Assembly: GCF_000150275.1 (NCBI RefSeq) | Contig: NW_002060966.1 | Coordinates: 200,415-264,414, forward strand | DNA: 64,000 bases | Direction of reading: 5' to 3' | DNA from: Trichoplax adhaerens | Lineage: Eukaryota; Animalia; Placozoa | Shown here: positions 1 through 13,429 of the stretch, in pieces | Position numbering within the stretch: the stretch's first letter is position 1 | How the letters are laid out: every line of letters begins with the position of its first letter | Program-made: the position numbers and the translations under genes | The notes under the pieces: generated by a model | Database searches by the model: none | Seen by the model: only the letters and a program-made list of their open reading frames with translations | What the model was told of the DNA's origin: nothing

Positions 1-33
1 ATATCAACAAATTAACGTAAATGAGAGTCTTCA

Positions 34-549
34 TTACTGCAAGGCGCAGATAATTAAAGTAACTAGGACAAAAAGTACGTTATAGGTAAGAGTGCGGGGA
101 GCTCCATTAGTCGTTGTGCCTGTAGGACATGCAACACCGCATGACAGCCATGATTGCTTGCCACAACACGTTGCAGAATTCATTGGCTCACAAATACCAG
201 GATGAGATAATCCAGTTGTCATATTAGGTGCACTACCTTCAAGCCATATGCAATCAGGATCACCTAATTCAGCACCGTTTGTCTTGCCATCACCATCACT
301 GTCCGCTTGACATAGTGCCATAGTCCATGTGCGGTTAGCATTGGCAAAAGCAACACCAAAAGGATTTCTTGCTCCACCACCAGCAGCAGCTTGATGACCA
401 ACACCAGCCCAAATTGCATTGGATGAACTACATGGGTTAGGTACTCTTGCACCATTAGGAATTTTAGTTTGATAAGGTAGATATCCATAGATATCGGTAA
501 TAGTGGTGAAAAAAACGATGGTAACCAACAAGTACGCGTATTTTGCCAT
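34..549 (-). CDS. Temptin-domain protein 1, signal peptide plus predicted GPI-anchor signal (171 aa)
   Basis: First ATG is at 549 (MAKYAYLLV...); the ORF track starts earlier at a non-ATG codon. Contains IPNG..VPNPC, GVGH...GGG.RNPFG.AF, W...LC..DSDGDGKTNG.ELGDP.C.W and LSHPG, matching the Aplysia temptin pattern. Ends TTTNGA plus a hydrophobic tail. Confidence 0.88.
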   Translation of the reverse strand: MAKYAYLLVTIVFFTTITDIYGYLPYQTKIPNGARVPNPCSSSNAIWAGVGHQAAAGGGARNPFGVAFANANRTWTMALCQADSDGDGKTNGAELGDPDCIWLEGSAPNMTTGLSHPGICEPMNSATCCGKQSWLSCGVACPTGTTTNGAPRTLTYNVLFVLVTLIICALQ

Positions 550-590
550 GGTTAAAATTACTTTTGGGAGATTTACGATTTGTTCAGGGT

Positions 591-724
591 CTAACAAAAA
601 TTGAAATGATAAATATTAATAATAGCTTTATGAAGTGCTATAGAAAATAGTATTCAAACTCTAATAATAAATTATATTGAGTCTGTTCCATGAGGAAGAG
701 AAAATGAGAAATTCTCCAACTCAC
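591..724 (-). other. Probable 5'UTR intron of temptin gene 1
   Basis: Minus-strand donor GTGAGT at 724-719 and acceptor TTTTTGTTAG ending at 591. A TATAA-like element lies near 794-798. Confidence 0.5.
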
Positions 725-3700
725 CGTCAACGACTTTTTCCAATTTTGGGCTTTTCTGAGAATAATGAGTCTAGACCACAAGTAGCAACGGCTTATAATC
801 GTTCAGCACGTAACCAGTGGCCTAGTCGATAGAATAATAGTATTGCCACCTATCGTACCCGGTATCAAGCTATAACATTGTTTAGTAAATCAATTAATCA
901 AGTTTGAATGTATAGTTAATTTACACATGAGTCAGCAGGTCATTTTGCGATCAAGGTTTATCGGTATAAAATGCACTTCTTCAACCGCATGAATATGAAG
1001 GAAGTTCATTTAAAAGTAAACAATATCATCCATTGGAGAACAAATAAACTGCCCGATTGAGGAAGGATTCTTTACCAATCAGAAAGCGATGAAATGAATA
1101 CAATTTCAAGACTAATGCTTGATTGGCACCCAACAACGGCCATAATAAATATGAGATAGAAAAGAAATGCACTATTGTTGCTAGAAAATGATTCATGATT
1201 ATTATTTTTGGGGGATGATAAATATATAATTAGAGTATGCAGCATCCGAGTAACAAAACAGTACACTCACTGTGACATCATCCTTGATGACGATAAAAGG
1301 AATAATAGTATACAACACCTCGCCTTATCTTGATCATCCAGCAAACATCTTCATTATTAGCTTACCTGAATATCATGGTGGATCATATTAGTTAAGTAGG
1401 TCTACAGAGTATGATTAGGTAAGTTACAGTAATGAGCGCAATGCAATTTCCATCTATCCTATCGTGATAGAGAATTGGTCAAGCTTTCTAAGCTGCTAGT
1501 TTCCATTGGCGTAAATTAGTATTCGAAATTTCGTGTGACTTCTTTTAAGTTATCCATAAGCCGACCAGGTTAATAAACATATTGATCCATGCAAGGATGG
1601 ATTAATTAATTCATAGAACATGGATACGCATCTGTTTATCATGAGGTTTATACGTAGATGGCGTGGCTATGGACTTACAGCTATCGAATTATTATGGAAG
1701 GTTAAAAGCACGATGATAGCGCGTATTACACATTCTTTTGTTAGCGCTGAATGATATTTACTTGGATACTATTTTTGTGTACTAATATTGCCAAATTTTT
1801 AGACCGTAGTGAGTATTTCATTTAATACGTCGTGACTAGCATTTATAAGAACATGAAAGGGTTACAAATATGAGTCACTTTTAAGTTTCTTTTCGCCATA
1901 GCCATTCGCAAATTGCCTTTAAGGATGATTCCATGATCGAGAATTGTTTTAGCAGAGAGCTAAGAAGAGGAATTGAAATATCTTTTTATGCTAATGTTAC
2001 CTTTCAAAGGGTTATGAAATAGAATATCCTTCTCGATTTAAACCTGTATACTGCAGTACATTACCTTAGTTGAAGCAAACAATAGAGAAAAGAAAGAACT
2101 AAATTTCCTTATTACTGTGGCCTATGTACAGCACTAGGTTCAAGGAGATCTCGTTAACTTGACTAACAAAATTTAAAACGCTACTTATTGCAAAAGGCAA
2201 GCAAATTCTTGGCATTGGTTATTGTCAATTGCCAGATAAATAATGACAGAAAAGTGTGCCCTAAATCAATATAATGACCAATATCTTGATGGACTAAGAT
2301 CCATTCTGACAATTAAACGCTTTAACATGGATATTTTGAAACTATAACTTCCACATAGGATTCACTTGCAGCAATTAATTATTAATTAGACTATATCAGA
2401 AAGATTAGATTTACACCAAGAGGCATTGATTTATCTTACAACTTAGCATGGAAAGCATTAATTAAAGTATAGTATAAGATGTAGTTGCTAAGGAGGGCAT
2501 TGTAGAAGAATTAGCTGTAACTGTTATAATTTGCGTATGGCACCAGATGATTTTGTTGTTTGGATACCCTCACAAAATTCATTATCCTACAAACAAAGAC
2601 CTAAGACCGATGAGCATTTAATGAAACTATTATATCATGCATTTCTCTAACGTTCATATTAGGATGGATTTTAGGCCTATAAGATTGATGGGAATGTTTC
2701 GTTAACACTCCATTTATGTCGAATAAGGATTTATACGATATGGTCAGATATTAGCTGTAATCCTAAGTGAAGTCATCATCATTACTGCTACTTACCAAAT
2801 TCTAAAATGGCATGGATCAGCATAATGATAAAGAGTATCATCAAAAATTTATTACCAGTATATTAGTTTATACCATTTAGCTCTCATCTTAGTTGGCTCT
2901 CTTCTTAGTCTTTTGCCTCACAAGAAATCGCATAAGAGTATCTGATATAGATTTCGCTAAAGCTTTTGGAGGCAAGATGCATGTAACAAACTCATTTTCT
3001 GAGATTTACCGTATTTATTCCAACTTGAAATAAGTCTGATTTACTAGCATATTAAACCCAGGATTTCTATCCTGTCAGTAAAACAAGTTTAAGGTTATGA
3101 ATTTAATATTTCAGCCAATAGTACTGTTGCAATGACATTAAAGCATAGGATGAAAGCATTGCTGACGTCAAGAGAAGAAATGTAATTTCAATTTTAGCGT
3201 AAAAGTGTATTACACTTTTCATGCAACATCTATATTCTGAACTACTATCGCCTTTACTACCTTTATAGTAAGAAATGTCGATCTCGTGTAAATTGAGCGA
3301 TGACAAAAGTTGCACCAACTAAACTAAGGTCTTCAGTCACGTTGAAATTTCATAATTAGTAACTAAGATAGTCAAAAATAACTTTTACCTGAAGACACAA
3401 TATAGCATAATGTTCAAATTAAAGGCGTATAAGTATAGCGTGATGAAGCTATTAAGCAGCGGTAAACATTCTAAATGTAAACATAGCGAAAGAATTACCA
3501 GTCTATTCCAAGTTAAAAGAAGTTCCTTGTAAAACTTAAATGGACCACTATGTCAATTGAAGTAAATTGATGTATGATAATGCTGGAAGAGACTCATCGA
3601 AAATCAAAAGCTACATTTAAAGCAATCTACTCTTCAACTTAATATACCCGTTGCTATACAAAGCTATCTGATAACTCTAACGATAATTTTGTAATTCTGC

Positions 3701-4373
3701 CATCACGCCATAAAGACTACTATATAAAGAATGAATGATATTATCTATTCATTAATTAATTAATTATTAACCAAACTAATAGTATGTATTACCATTAACT
3801 AAAAATAAATTATTTTATGGAAAAAATCTTTATCACTAGCATCCGTGGTCAGTAATGATAGAAAAGTATGTCGGAATATCTGATACATTTAAAGATTGAA
3901 CATGTACTTATCATATACAAAATAAATTTTATTCCTTAAATTAACGTATAAACAATCTACTACCGGTACTTCAATCTATGAGGGTGTTGGTTCTTAGTCC
4001 TTAACATAGCACCATGTTATATCAAAACGGAATTAGTCATTTATACCAATATTCTATGGCAAGTAAGCTTTGTTAATAAGCTAAATTGATATACGAATAC
4101 TTTTACTGGTTGATTATAATTTTTGAATAGAATATTTAAATTTAGGAATCCTAAATTCAAGATACCAACGGATATAATCTAATCAGAATTTCTCATCTTT
4201 TGGACTTACATAACTCTGGTTAAAGATATTTCAGTCTCATGAAGTAGAAATATTAAAATAAATGTAATCTTTAGACTTTGCAGAAAGTCATCGTTTCTTA
4301 TTTCCTATAATAAAATATAACACTATAGTAACATTTAATGAGGATATCAACCAAAGCACTGTAATAAGTTATT

Positions 4374-4938
4374 TTAGCACAAAAAATTTGTCAACAAGGC
4401 CATTAAAAGAGAAATAGACTAATATGCGATTATGCTACAATCTCCATTAGTCGTTTTAGTCCCTTTAGTCATACATAGGTTGGGTTGTAGCTTGTGTTAT
4501 AGCAATATTACAAGCAACGCCGCACAACAGCCATGATTGCCTGCCCCAAAATTGTACAGAATTCACTGGTTCACAAATGTCAGGATGAGATAACCCAGTT
4601 CACATATTACGTGCACCACCTTCAACCTAAAGGCAATCGGGATGGCCTAATTCTTCAACATTTGCCTTACCATCGCCATCACTATCCATTTGACATAAAG
4701 TGACTTTCCAGCTTCTACCAGCAGAGGCAAACCCGACACCAAAAGGAATTCTCAGATTACTATCGGCAGAGGCCTGATGGCCAACGCCAGCCCAAACGTT
4801 ATTGGGATTAGAATTACATAGATTTGGAACACTCAAGCCATTAGAAATTTTATTTTGGAATGATCCATAGCCATAGGTATCGACTATAGGTATCGACCAT
4901 AGCACAAGAAACGACTAGCATAAGCAATTAGTTTTCAT
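4374..4938 (-). pseudogene. Temptin-domain pseudogene (paralog of gene 1)
   Basis: Reads MKTNCLC*SFLVLW...DSDGDGKANVEELGHPDCL*VEGGARNM*TGLSHPDICEPVNS...QSWLLCGVAC. In-frame stops at 4915-17, 4627-29 and 4600-02, then a frameshift before a degenerate TNG plus hydrophobic tail. Confidence 0.85.
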
Positions 4939-7091
4939 ATCTCGCTATGAATCGCAAATTGGGAATGAGTAAATGGAATGGAACATTCTGGTGAATTAAT
5001 TTTACACCCCAAAAATAAGAAAAATGATCACAATCAGTTGCACGACTTGATTATTTGTAAGTCAACTATAAATAGGTAATAAATCGTCGAAAAACTCAGA
5101 AAGAAATTGTATATTTACGCTGCTGATCTCGAAAATATTCTTTAGAAGAAAAACTTGATGTCCACTATTAAATAAATAGTAACAATGAAGTCCAAATGGC
5201 GTAAAATTGAATCAGAATAATGAATCAGTTATGATTGTGAATCAGCACAAGATTTCTCACTCTAGTGATGCTAACCTCTGGATGTATAGAATAGATGCCT
5301 TCTATTGCATGATCAGTAAGGTTAAAATTAATATATTTACTACTGATTTTCATTGTATAGTACTTTTTATACATATTAACCTAATCAATTTTACCCGCTG
5401 AATCAGAGATGAAATTACCTTCAACTCAACCTAATGCTAATCTCAATTCTAACCTGATAGCGAATTGTTCTTGACCAATAATTAGAGAATTTAAGGCATA
5501 CAAAATGAGACTTGAATGAACTAAATGAACCATTTTTACATCATCTTATATTGAAATAGTTATCAAAATGATTTGCATATGTAGTTTCGGAAAGATTAAC
5601 TTATGTACAGAATTTATTGTTTCAATTTGCTTGCTCTATGAACTTTGATATTATAGCTAATTCTGTACCTCATCTTTTAATATAATATATTAATAATAAT
5701 ATTACGACTATTTCTGTTCTATCTTTATAATACAGTAAATTAATAGTGTTCAAAAATTTATTTAATTGATTTAATATGCTGTTAATCCTCATAAAGTGGT
5801 GACATTATATTTTGACAAATACTATTCAATACTACCTTAATACTAGGTAAAGTTAATTGACGTACGAAAACAATTCTATTTTGAGTTAAATTAGAGTACT
5901 GATTTACCTTTTAAAGCTACACTAAGTATGGCATCATCGATTTAGCTTTCGAGATGACCAATTCTTAAACACATGCTGTATTTATAACTTTAAATTGTCA
6001 AGGTTCAATCAATAAAATCTAATTTTATAGACTAGATATCTCTCTTTAATCAATACTATAAATATTGATTAAGAAACAATCAATCATGAAGGCTATTTCG
6101 GGCTTAAAGAACTATCTATACTTGCAATACCGCTATTTAAATTCCTTCACAGTTCATTTATGTTCGTATTGATACTTATGAAAAACCAGTCTGTGTCAAA
6201 CCATAAGAATTTCAAATAAATGTAGTAGTAAAACTAGTTATTGGGGTCCATAGGATGATCCATACCGAGTTAAACAGAGTGATATAGAGGGAAGTACAAT
6301 CTAAATATTGATATCAATTACTTGGAGTATTTTAAATATGAATGTTGTGATTTTAAGTTTATACGATATTACATTATCTACAATATATAGAATATGTATA
6401 AAGTAATCCATGATAGAAATGTTGGTGTCAATAACCGTATACATTTTCTGGTATCTGTTTATGACATCAGCCCGAATTTTATTTTTCTTTCTTAAACCAC
6501 GGCTCCATCAGATTATAGTATTGTAATAGATGCTATATAATTATATAAGGGAGACTATAAGATATGAAGCAGTAAAATGTTCTGATATTGATTTCTAGCT
6601 ATGTAATATAGTGCTCTATAGAAATTATAGTTGAAAAATTGCATTAGTCCATGAATTCAAACTTTATTCACTAATCTGAAAGATAGTAATAGTGTAATAG
6701 ATAGGATATTGTCGTATAACAGAGTTTATACTTTATGAATCATAAAAATACTGCAATATTAATTCTCAAATAATTATTAAATTCCAAATATTTAATATTG
6801 TAATTACTTTTAATCTTGAAATCACTACGCATTGCTGATTTAAAAAGTCACATAAATAGAATAGATTATTGCAATGGATGGAACTGGATAAACCATTTCA
6901 TCATTATTAATGCTTCTCAACATCTAACGCTGAGCGTTTAGGTTTTTAAAGACAGGATCTGTGTAAGAAATTTGGAGACTAGCAATTAAGGAAAATGGAA
7001 ATAACAATCAATCTATCGCTCATTCAAAAGTTCAGTATGTACTTTAAGGCAAGAGGTAGATAAGCATGAAATGGGCTTTCGTCCATTCATT

Positions 7092-8267
7092 TTACAATAG
7101 TATGTAATTTATAATTGCTAATAGTATAAATATGCCGCAGTAAGGCCCAAATTGAACGACTCCATTCGTTGCAGTAGCACCAATGGGTGGGCTGGTGGTT
7201 AATTGAGGAGTTTTTTGAGTGCTAGCTTGACTAGTTGCATTGGTCATAATTTGAGTATTGGCGTTAGTTATACCTGTAGTAGTTGTAATCATCGATTGCA
7301 TCGTCGAATTTGTGACGGGTTTAGTTGTAGATTGTGTTACAGGTGGCATTGTAGGTATGCTAGTAGATTTTGCTGTGGAATTTATGGCTTGTGTTGTAAT
7401 GTTTGGTGCAGCCTCAGTCATTGCTTCAGTGCTTGCTTTTAGTGTAGCATCCGTTGCGACTTCAGTCATAGTTTCTGTCGAGGGCTCCGTATCTGCTTCT
7501 GTCATGGCTTCGGTTGCTACTTCAGTATTTGCTCCTGTTATGGTTTCTGTAGTCACTTCTGTATTTACTGTTGCATTTTCTGTTGTATTTCTGTTGTATT
7601 TGCTGTTGTTTACTGTTGTATTTACTGTTGTATTTGCTTCTGTACTTGCTTCTGTTGTAGCTTCCGTTACGGCTTCTGTTGTGGCTTCCATTGTGGCTCC
7701 TGTTGCTGCTTCCACTGCGGCTCCTGTTGTAGTTTCTGACATGATTTCTGTTGCAACTTCTGTTGCAGCCTCTGTTGTAGCTTCTGTGGTGGATTCAGTG
7801 GTGCCTGCAGTGGTGGCTTGAGTCGTTGACATAGTGGTTGGACATGTAGGATTACACGATAACCATGGCTGCTTATTACCACAACATGCAGGTGAGTTGA
7901 TCGGCTCGCAAACTCCTGGATGAGATATCCCGGTTGTACTTGGTGGAGTAGATCCTTCAGTCCAGACACAATTTGGATCGCCAAGCTCTGCACCATTGGT
8001 TTTACCGTCGCCATCGCTGTCCATTTGGCATAGCGTTGTGCTCCAAGTGCGACCAGTTTTAGCGAAATCGGTTCCAAATGGATTTCTAGCCCCAGCACCA
8101 GCCGTTGCTATATGACCGATACCATACCATTTTGCGCTAGGATTACAGGGGTTAGGAACATTATTACTATTTGGTATCCTATCGAGATAATTATCATAGC
8201 TGCTAATAAACGTAAAATGGAAGGTACATAAGAATGTAACCGTAAAATAGAATTTTAAAACGATCAT
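7092..8267 (-). CDS. Temptin-domain protein with mucin-like T/A/E stalk and predicted GPI signal (391 aa)
   Basis: Signal peptide, complete temptin domain, ~220 aa of TTEA-type repeats, then ATATNG plus a hydrophobic C-terminus. Intronless. Confidence 0.9.
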   Translation of the reverse strand: MIVLKFYFTVTFLCTFHFTFISSYDNYLDRIPNSNNVPNPCNPSAKWYGIGHIATAGAGARNPFGTDFAKTGRTWSTTLCQMDSDGDGKTNGAELGDPNCVWTEGSTPPSTTGISHPGVCEPINSPACCGNKQPWLSCNPTCPTTMSTTQATTAGTTESTTEATTEAATEVATEIMSETTTGAAVEAATGATMEATTEAVTEATTEASTEANTTVNTTVNNSKYNRNTTENATVNTEVTTETITGANTEVATEAMTEADTEPSTETMTEVATDATLKASTEAMTEAAPNITTQAINSTAKSTSIPTMPPVTQSTTKPVTNSTMQSMITTTTGITNANTQIMTNATSQASTQKTPQLTTSPPIGATATNGVVQFGPYCGIFILLAIINYILL

Positions 8268-8368
8268 TTTGAATAACGAAATGGTTAAGAATGAAACTAA
8301 TTCAATCTTTCCGTTATGCGGATAGATAAAAGCTAACTAACGATAATAGAATATTATAGCAATGAAGA

Positions 8369-8446
8369 AAATGATGTTCGATTTGATTCACGTTCAAAAC
8401 TGCTTAAAATGACGTTCGATTTAAATCACGTTCTAAACTGTTTGAA
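8369..8446. repeat. 38-bp tandem duplication upstream of the mucin-temptin gene
   Basis: aaatgatgttcgatttgattcacgttcaaaactg / aaatgacgttcgatttaaatcacgttctaaactg. Confidence 0.7.
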
Positions 8447-11400
8447 ATTGGAAATTCACACAATCAAAGGCCCGCATTTAATTCAGCTTTCTGGCTCACT
8501 GGCATACACTTAAACTAGCGGATGTAATAGTTCTACCATTATATAAATAAATGAGTTTATTAACAATTGGTGACCTATCCAATGTATAATGACAACGCAA
8601 ATACTACTCAAAATTACTATTCAAATAGGTTCCAGTGTTATTCTATTTTAGCAGGGCTTGTTGACTATTATCTGATAGGTAACCTATTGAAAGTTATCCA
8701 GTTGTTTACGCCCAACTGATTGACATTTCCGAGTTCGGCCTACCTCAGAATTCTTCAGTGATTCTAATATTAATACCACTAGCTTACTACTCCAGCTGGT
8801 ACTGAATATAATTTACATAGATAGAAAAATGGTCATAAGTGATCCTATGTAGGTACCCTGACTTAAGCAGGTACCTAATAGTAAATTATCCAAGAAAATA
8901 ATTTAGTGCTGAGGTTTAAGGCAGGGACTACTCAACAAAAATTTCCCATCATCTTACCGATACTCCTGTTTTTCCCCAATTACAGCCTTTCTTCGTACAA
9001 AATTATTTTCCTCTACGGCGTAAGATTTATTGAGTAAAATTGATAACTTTGGCTTGCTACGGCATTTGGTATCAGTTAGGAAAATTTTTGCTGAGTAGTT
9101 CTTGACCATACCATGATCACATGAATTCACAAAGCTAAACGTCACGCGGTTAATATAACAAATATCTTCAAGATATACATATATATATATATGAGATAGT
9201 TTACTGCGATTGGACATACTAGTAAGTGGCCTCTGGTGATACAAAAACCCAGAGAAAGTCTCTCTAGTCTAGGCTTCAAGATAGATCTGGAAAAAGTTCT
9301 AAAACGTATCCATAAGTTGCAGACACGATTGAATACGCATATTTTCATTATTATAGCACTACTGATGATAAATACGTAATACTATTACAAGCATTTCTAG
9401 AATAATTAATTAATATAAATAGATCTTAAAGCAACAGATATTCAAATGAAAATATACCGTACTATTATTGCATTTCTCTATCATGAATAGCATGCTGGTT
9501 GTTAACGTTTAAGACATTGGATTCGTGTTCAATGCTATAATTTATTAAAATAATTGCATGTCGAACCAGAGTCTACTATGCTAAATAGAGAATGAAGCAT
9601 GCAAAATTCTAGACATATAATCATCCAAGCAGATCAAATGGATTGCATATCTTGACATCCTGTTACTTCTTTGGCACTGAAAATTATATTAACTACCTCC
9701 TATTATAATAATATTATGACACCCGATGAGTGCTATGACAACACCATTTGTATTCGTGATTTTATATATTCTTTTTCAGTTCTTGCTATATCGCACCGTT
9801 CAAGATAACACACTACTTATAACGAGGAAAGAAACATCAAGAAGATAATCGTTTAACATACTTACGTTAAAGGTTATGTCTACTCTTGCCATACATTCCT
9901 ACGAGAGCATTTACAGCATTTAAGAACTTGCATCCAAATTTGGAGTTTTATGATATTACAAAATGGCAAGAATTTTTGAATGAAGATCATTCGGTTTAGT
10001 ATTATACTCAAGTAAAAATGTCGCATGTGTTGAAATTTTTTCTATTACAGCTATTTATGCACGTATAAGTCTGCATATAATCTAATATACAGAGATGTAT
10101 TTGGCAAGATAACTAACCATTAGATAATGTCAGAAAAGCAAAATCGTTGGTTATTGTTAAGCTTGTAGATAACGTAGTTTTATCAGTCACATAGTAAATT
10201 AAGGATATCTTAGTTTCTATTTACGCTGTTTGATGTTGAGGTCGTATCTAAAACTTAAGAATAGTACTACGAATCAAGATTAGATTAAAATTCAATCTCG
10301 TTATTCGTTTGTTTTATTATTTTTCCATTGACTCTGATCATCATAACTCCGGTTTTAGTAAAAAACTGCCAGCACTACTGATAGTTCTTTCATATATTTA
10401 GAACAGATACGGTTAACATTGCAGTATAGTAAGTATTTCCTCATATATGCATCTTATTGACGTAGTTCTAATTTGTATATTTAAAATGCTAAAATACTAC
10501 TGCTATAAATTAATCTATCATCCGCTGAATTTAAAGTATCGAATCTACAATAGAATCTCAAGCAATCTTTATTCAGTGTTAGGAGAGCAAATGATATTTA
10601 GTTAGCGAAACTAACTGAATGCGACTAGACAACAAGAACTGTTCCTAATAATCTATTTGTCAAGCATAAGTTGAAATAAAGCCAGCATTATGATATTACC
10701 TATATTCAAGCATTGTCTACACAGTTATTTCCTTCATTAATTAAAATTGGGCTCCATGTATTATACTAAATAAATAAGGTATCTGATTGAGTCTAATAGC
10801 AACAATATTCATCACTGTAATGAAAGTTAAGGTCCTTCCATTGATGACTACTAGCCTAGCTAACATAATTAAATCATTTTGAAAAAGCTAATGTCGCAGT
10901 TTTCTATGATTGTACATCTTTTCCTTATTTTGCTGTTAGATTTCACGTAGTCATCACCGTTTGTATCCTAGCTGACCATCATCCAGTAAAACTTATAATT
11001 GGCATCCATAATTAAGGCTGTAATAAATTCTAAATCGATAAACTTCATAAACATCTGTGCTAATGAGTTATCGTTTCATTTCATGGTTGTATTTAGTGTA
11101 GAGTAAATAACCATTGAACCATCACTACATAATAAATACAATCCGTTTTGATCATCCCAATTACCATACTTGTTTTGCCATTAAGAAAGCACTATTCGGC
11201 ACTATTTTGCTATATCTACGTCCTATCTTATCTGTAAAGTTGATCGAAGACTACTGTTACGGAGCAAAGCACCGTACTTGCTAATTAAATAGAATTTGTT
11301 AGTATTTAGCTAATGGATCATATTGGTAAGTGATAAATGAAATTAAGAATATTAAGAATGTCTAGATTGCTAGACAACAAAAGGCATAATTGTATTTTGC

Positions 11401-13174
11401 AATTAATTAGTAGACCCTATATAGATATTAATAATGGCGACACGTTAGCACCCGCTAAATCATGTAAATCTTATATTGTCAAGTTACTATGTGTGCACCA
11501 CGAATTTAGTGGAAGAGTATAAAAGGACGAGCGAATGCTCACTTTCAGAGTTCTTTATTAGATCATGTAAGGGAAGGTACTCGGCTACTCTATTAATAAA
11601 AACTATACTAATCATGTAGAACAGTCTTATCCCTGTGTGACCTTAAGTAGTATAGAACTACCATACAGTAGATCTCCAGGTGTAGTAGAGCAAGGTATAA
11701 GTAATCTATTAGTTTAGTGTAGTAGTTCGCAACATAAGTTTGTGACAACTACATATAAAAGTGCGAGTTAACACTTCATTTGATAGAACAATCTGTTGAC
11801 AAGAAGTCAGCTGGTAATAAAATAAAATTAACAAAAATGATTCATCCTACACATATAATTTGTAAGTATTAAATGGTACAGCTAAAAGTCCGTACGTACA
11901 GTATATCACATAACGCGTATATCTTATTTTATGTAAAACAATAGATATTTCTAGATGAATCCACATTTGTGATATTTCGCGTACTGTGTATATTTATACT
12001 TTCACTTTATATTGTCACTATTACTTCGCACTGAGTATATTGCATGTATTTGACCTAATAATTTAGCTTATATCATTGTCTATTCAGCTCATTTGACCGC
12101 AGGTTTTTGCCCCAAATTTTAATTTTATTTAAATATTATACCTGGCATTTACTTACGTGCTACGTTAAACGAAGAAATAAAGATAAATATTATTGCCTGG
12201 AAAGATGTTGGATGAAAAACAGATGTACCGGTAGCTAGCATCTTCTTTCTAGCTTAGTTGAAGAACTGTTTGTTTGATTTATTTAAGATCTGCTATCAGA
12301 AAGTATTGCCATTGCTACTCGAAAATTTTGCTTTAACGTAAACGTGATCATTTTCCGTATCATTTTAAAATTCAGCCCACATATCAGTTTAGCATGAAAA
12401 GGTATTTTAAATTTACCAGCACGTGACTTCAATATTAAATTTAATCCAAATTTAGCAGTAATTTAATCTACGCAATAGAACTATTGAAGCCAAGAGTTTG
12501 AGTCTACTTATTTATCAAACGATGTCTAAATTCAAATCACCAGTTTTTCAGACATGAAATCTACTGGTGCTGCCAATCAGTAGAAAAGTAATGATTGGTT
12601 ACTAGAGATACCGAAAAGTGATATGCTGAGATATTTTTATAGTAGTTTTTTTAAATTTTGATACAATATAACTCAAATTTTAATCTGGAAGTTAGTAATC
12701 CTAATTTGCAGTAAGAAGTTAAAGTAAGTATTTTTTTATATCCCTTAAATTATAATCTACAATTAGAATGAATATAAGTTTAGCATTAAGAAGGAAAACT
12801 ACGTCAATTAAGTTCATCGTATACCTTTATATATTTTTAATGGTATTATTACCATTATGTATGTTTTTTAAGTATATTCTGTACAATAATTTCGTTAATA
12901 GACTGCAATACTGTTCATAAGCTACATAATACGGTCTACAGTAGTTTCATAAGAAATAGCTACCTGATTAATGATAAAATTTTAAATTAAGATTAGTTAA
13001 CATAATATTAAGCCAACATTGAACGAAATCATCATTTGATGCTTAAATATTCGTGTATATCCATATTTCTTTACATCAAGTGACGTGCATTTGTAAGAGG
13101 ATTGCCTGAATGATCTACGCTCAAATTCGGAACTTTAGTCATTAATTAAAGCCACTTTACACGGTGTTTATAAT

Positions 13175-13429
13175 CTAATATGATAGACCAGTCGTACTTG
13201 CTGGAGGAGAACCTAAAGTTCAGATACAATTTGGATCGCCAAATTCTTGACCAATAGTCTTGCCATCACCATCGCTATCTTTGTGATATAGTGATGTAGT
13301 CCAACTGTGACCAGCGTTAGCAAAATCGATTCCAAATCAATTTCTAGTACCCGCACGCGCTGAAACTTCATCACCAATACCAGACCAGATCAAACTAGGA
13401 TTGCGATGGTTACGTACCTTATTACCATT
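13175..13429 (-). pseudogene. Temptin-domain pseudogene fragment (absent from ORF track)
   Basis: Manual translation: NGNKVRNHRNPSLIWSGIGDEVSARAGTRN*FGIDFANAGHSWTTSLYHKDSDGDGKTIGQEFGDPNCI*TLGSPPASTTGLSY*. TGA at 13337-39 and 13220-22; conserved cysteines lost. Confidence 0.85.

Noticed and set aside
264-488. Alternative-frame ORFs in temptin genes (also 16384-16578)
   Set aside because: Out-of-frame overlaps; their mutual similarity just reflects paralogy.
1400-2990. Coding-like stretch with stops, including a DFAKAF motif near 2950 resembling LINE reverse transcriptase
   Set aside because: Could not assign a family or find further RT motifs; needs BLASTx.
7203-8098. Overlapping ORFs 7258-7821(+), 7203-7442(+) and 7667-8098(-)
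   Set aside because: Shadow frames of the repetitive mucin stalk.
10930-10975. Minus-strand DTNGDDYV (EF-hand/temptin-like)
   Set aside because: Isolated motif with no supporting context.
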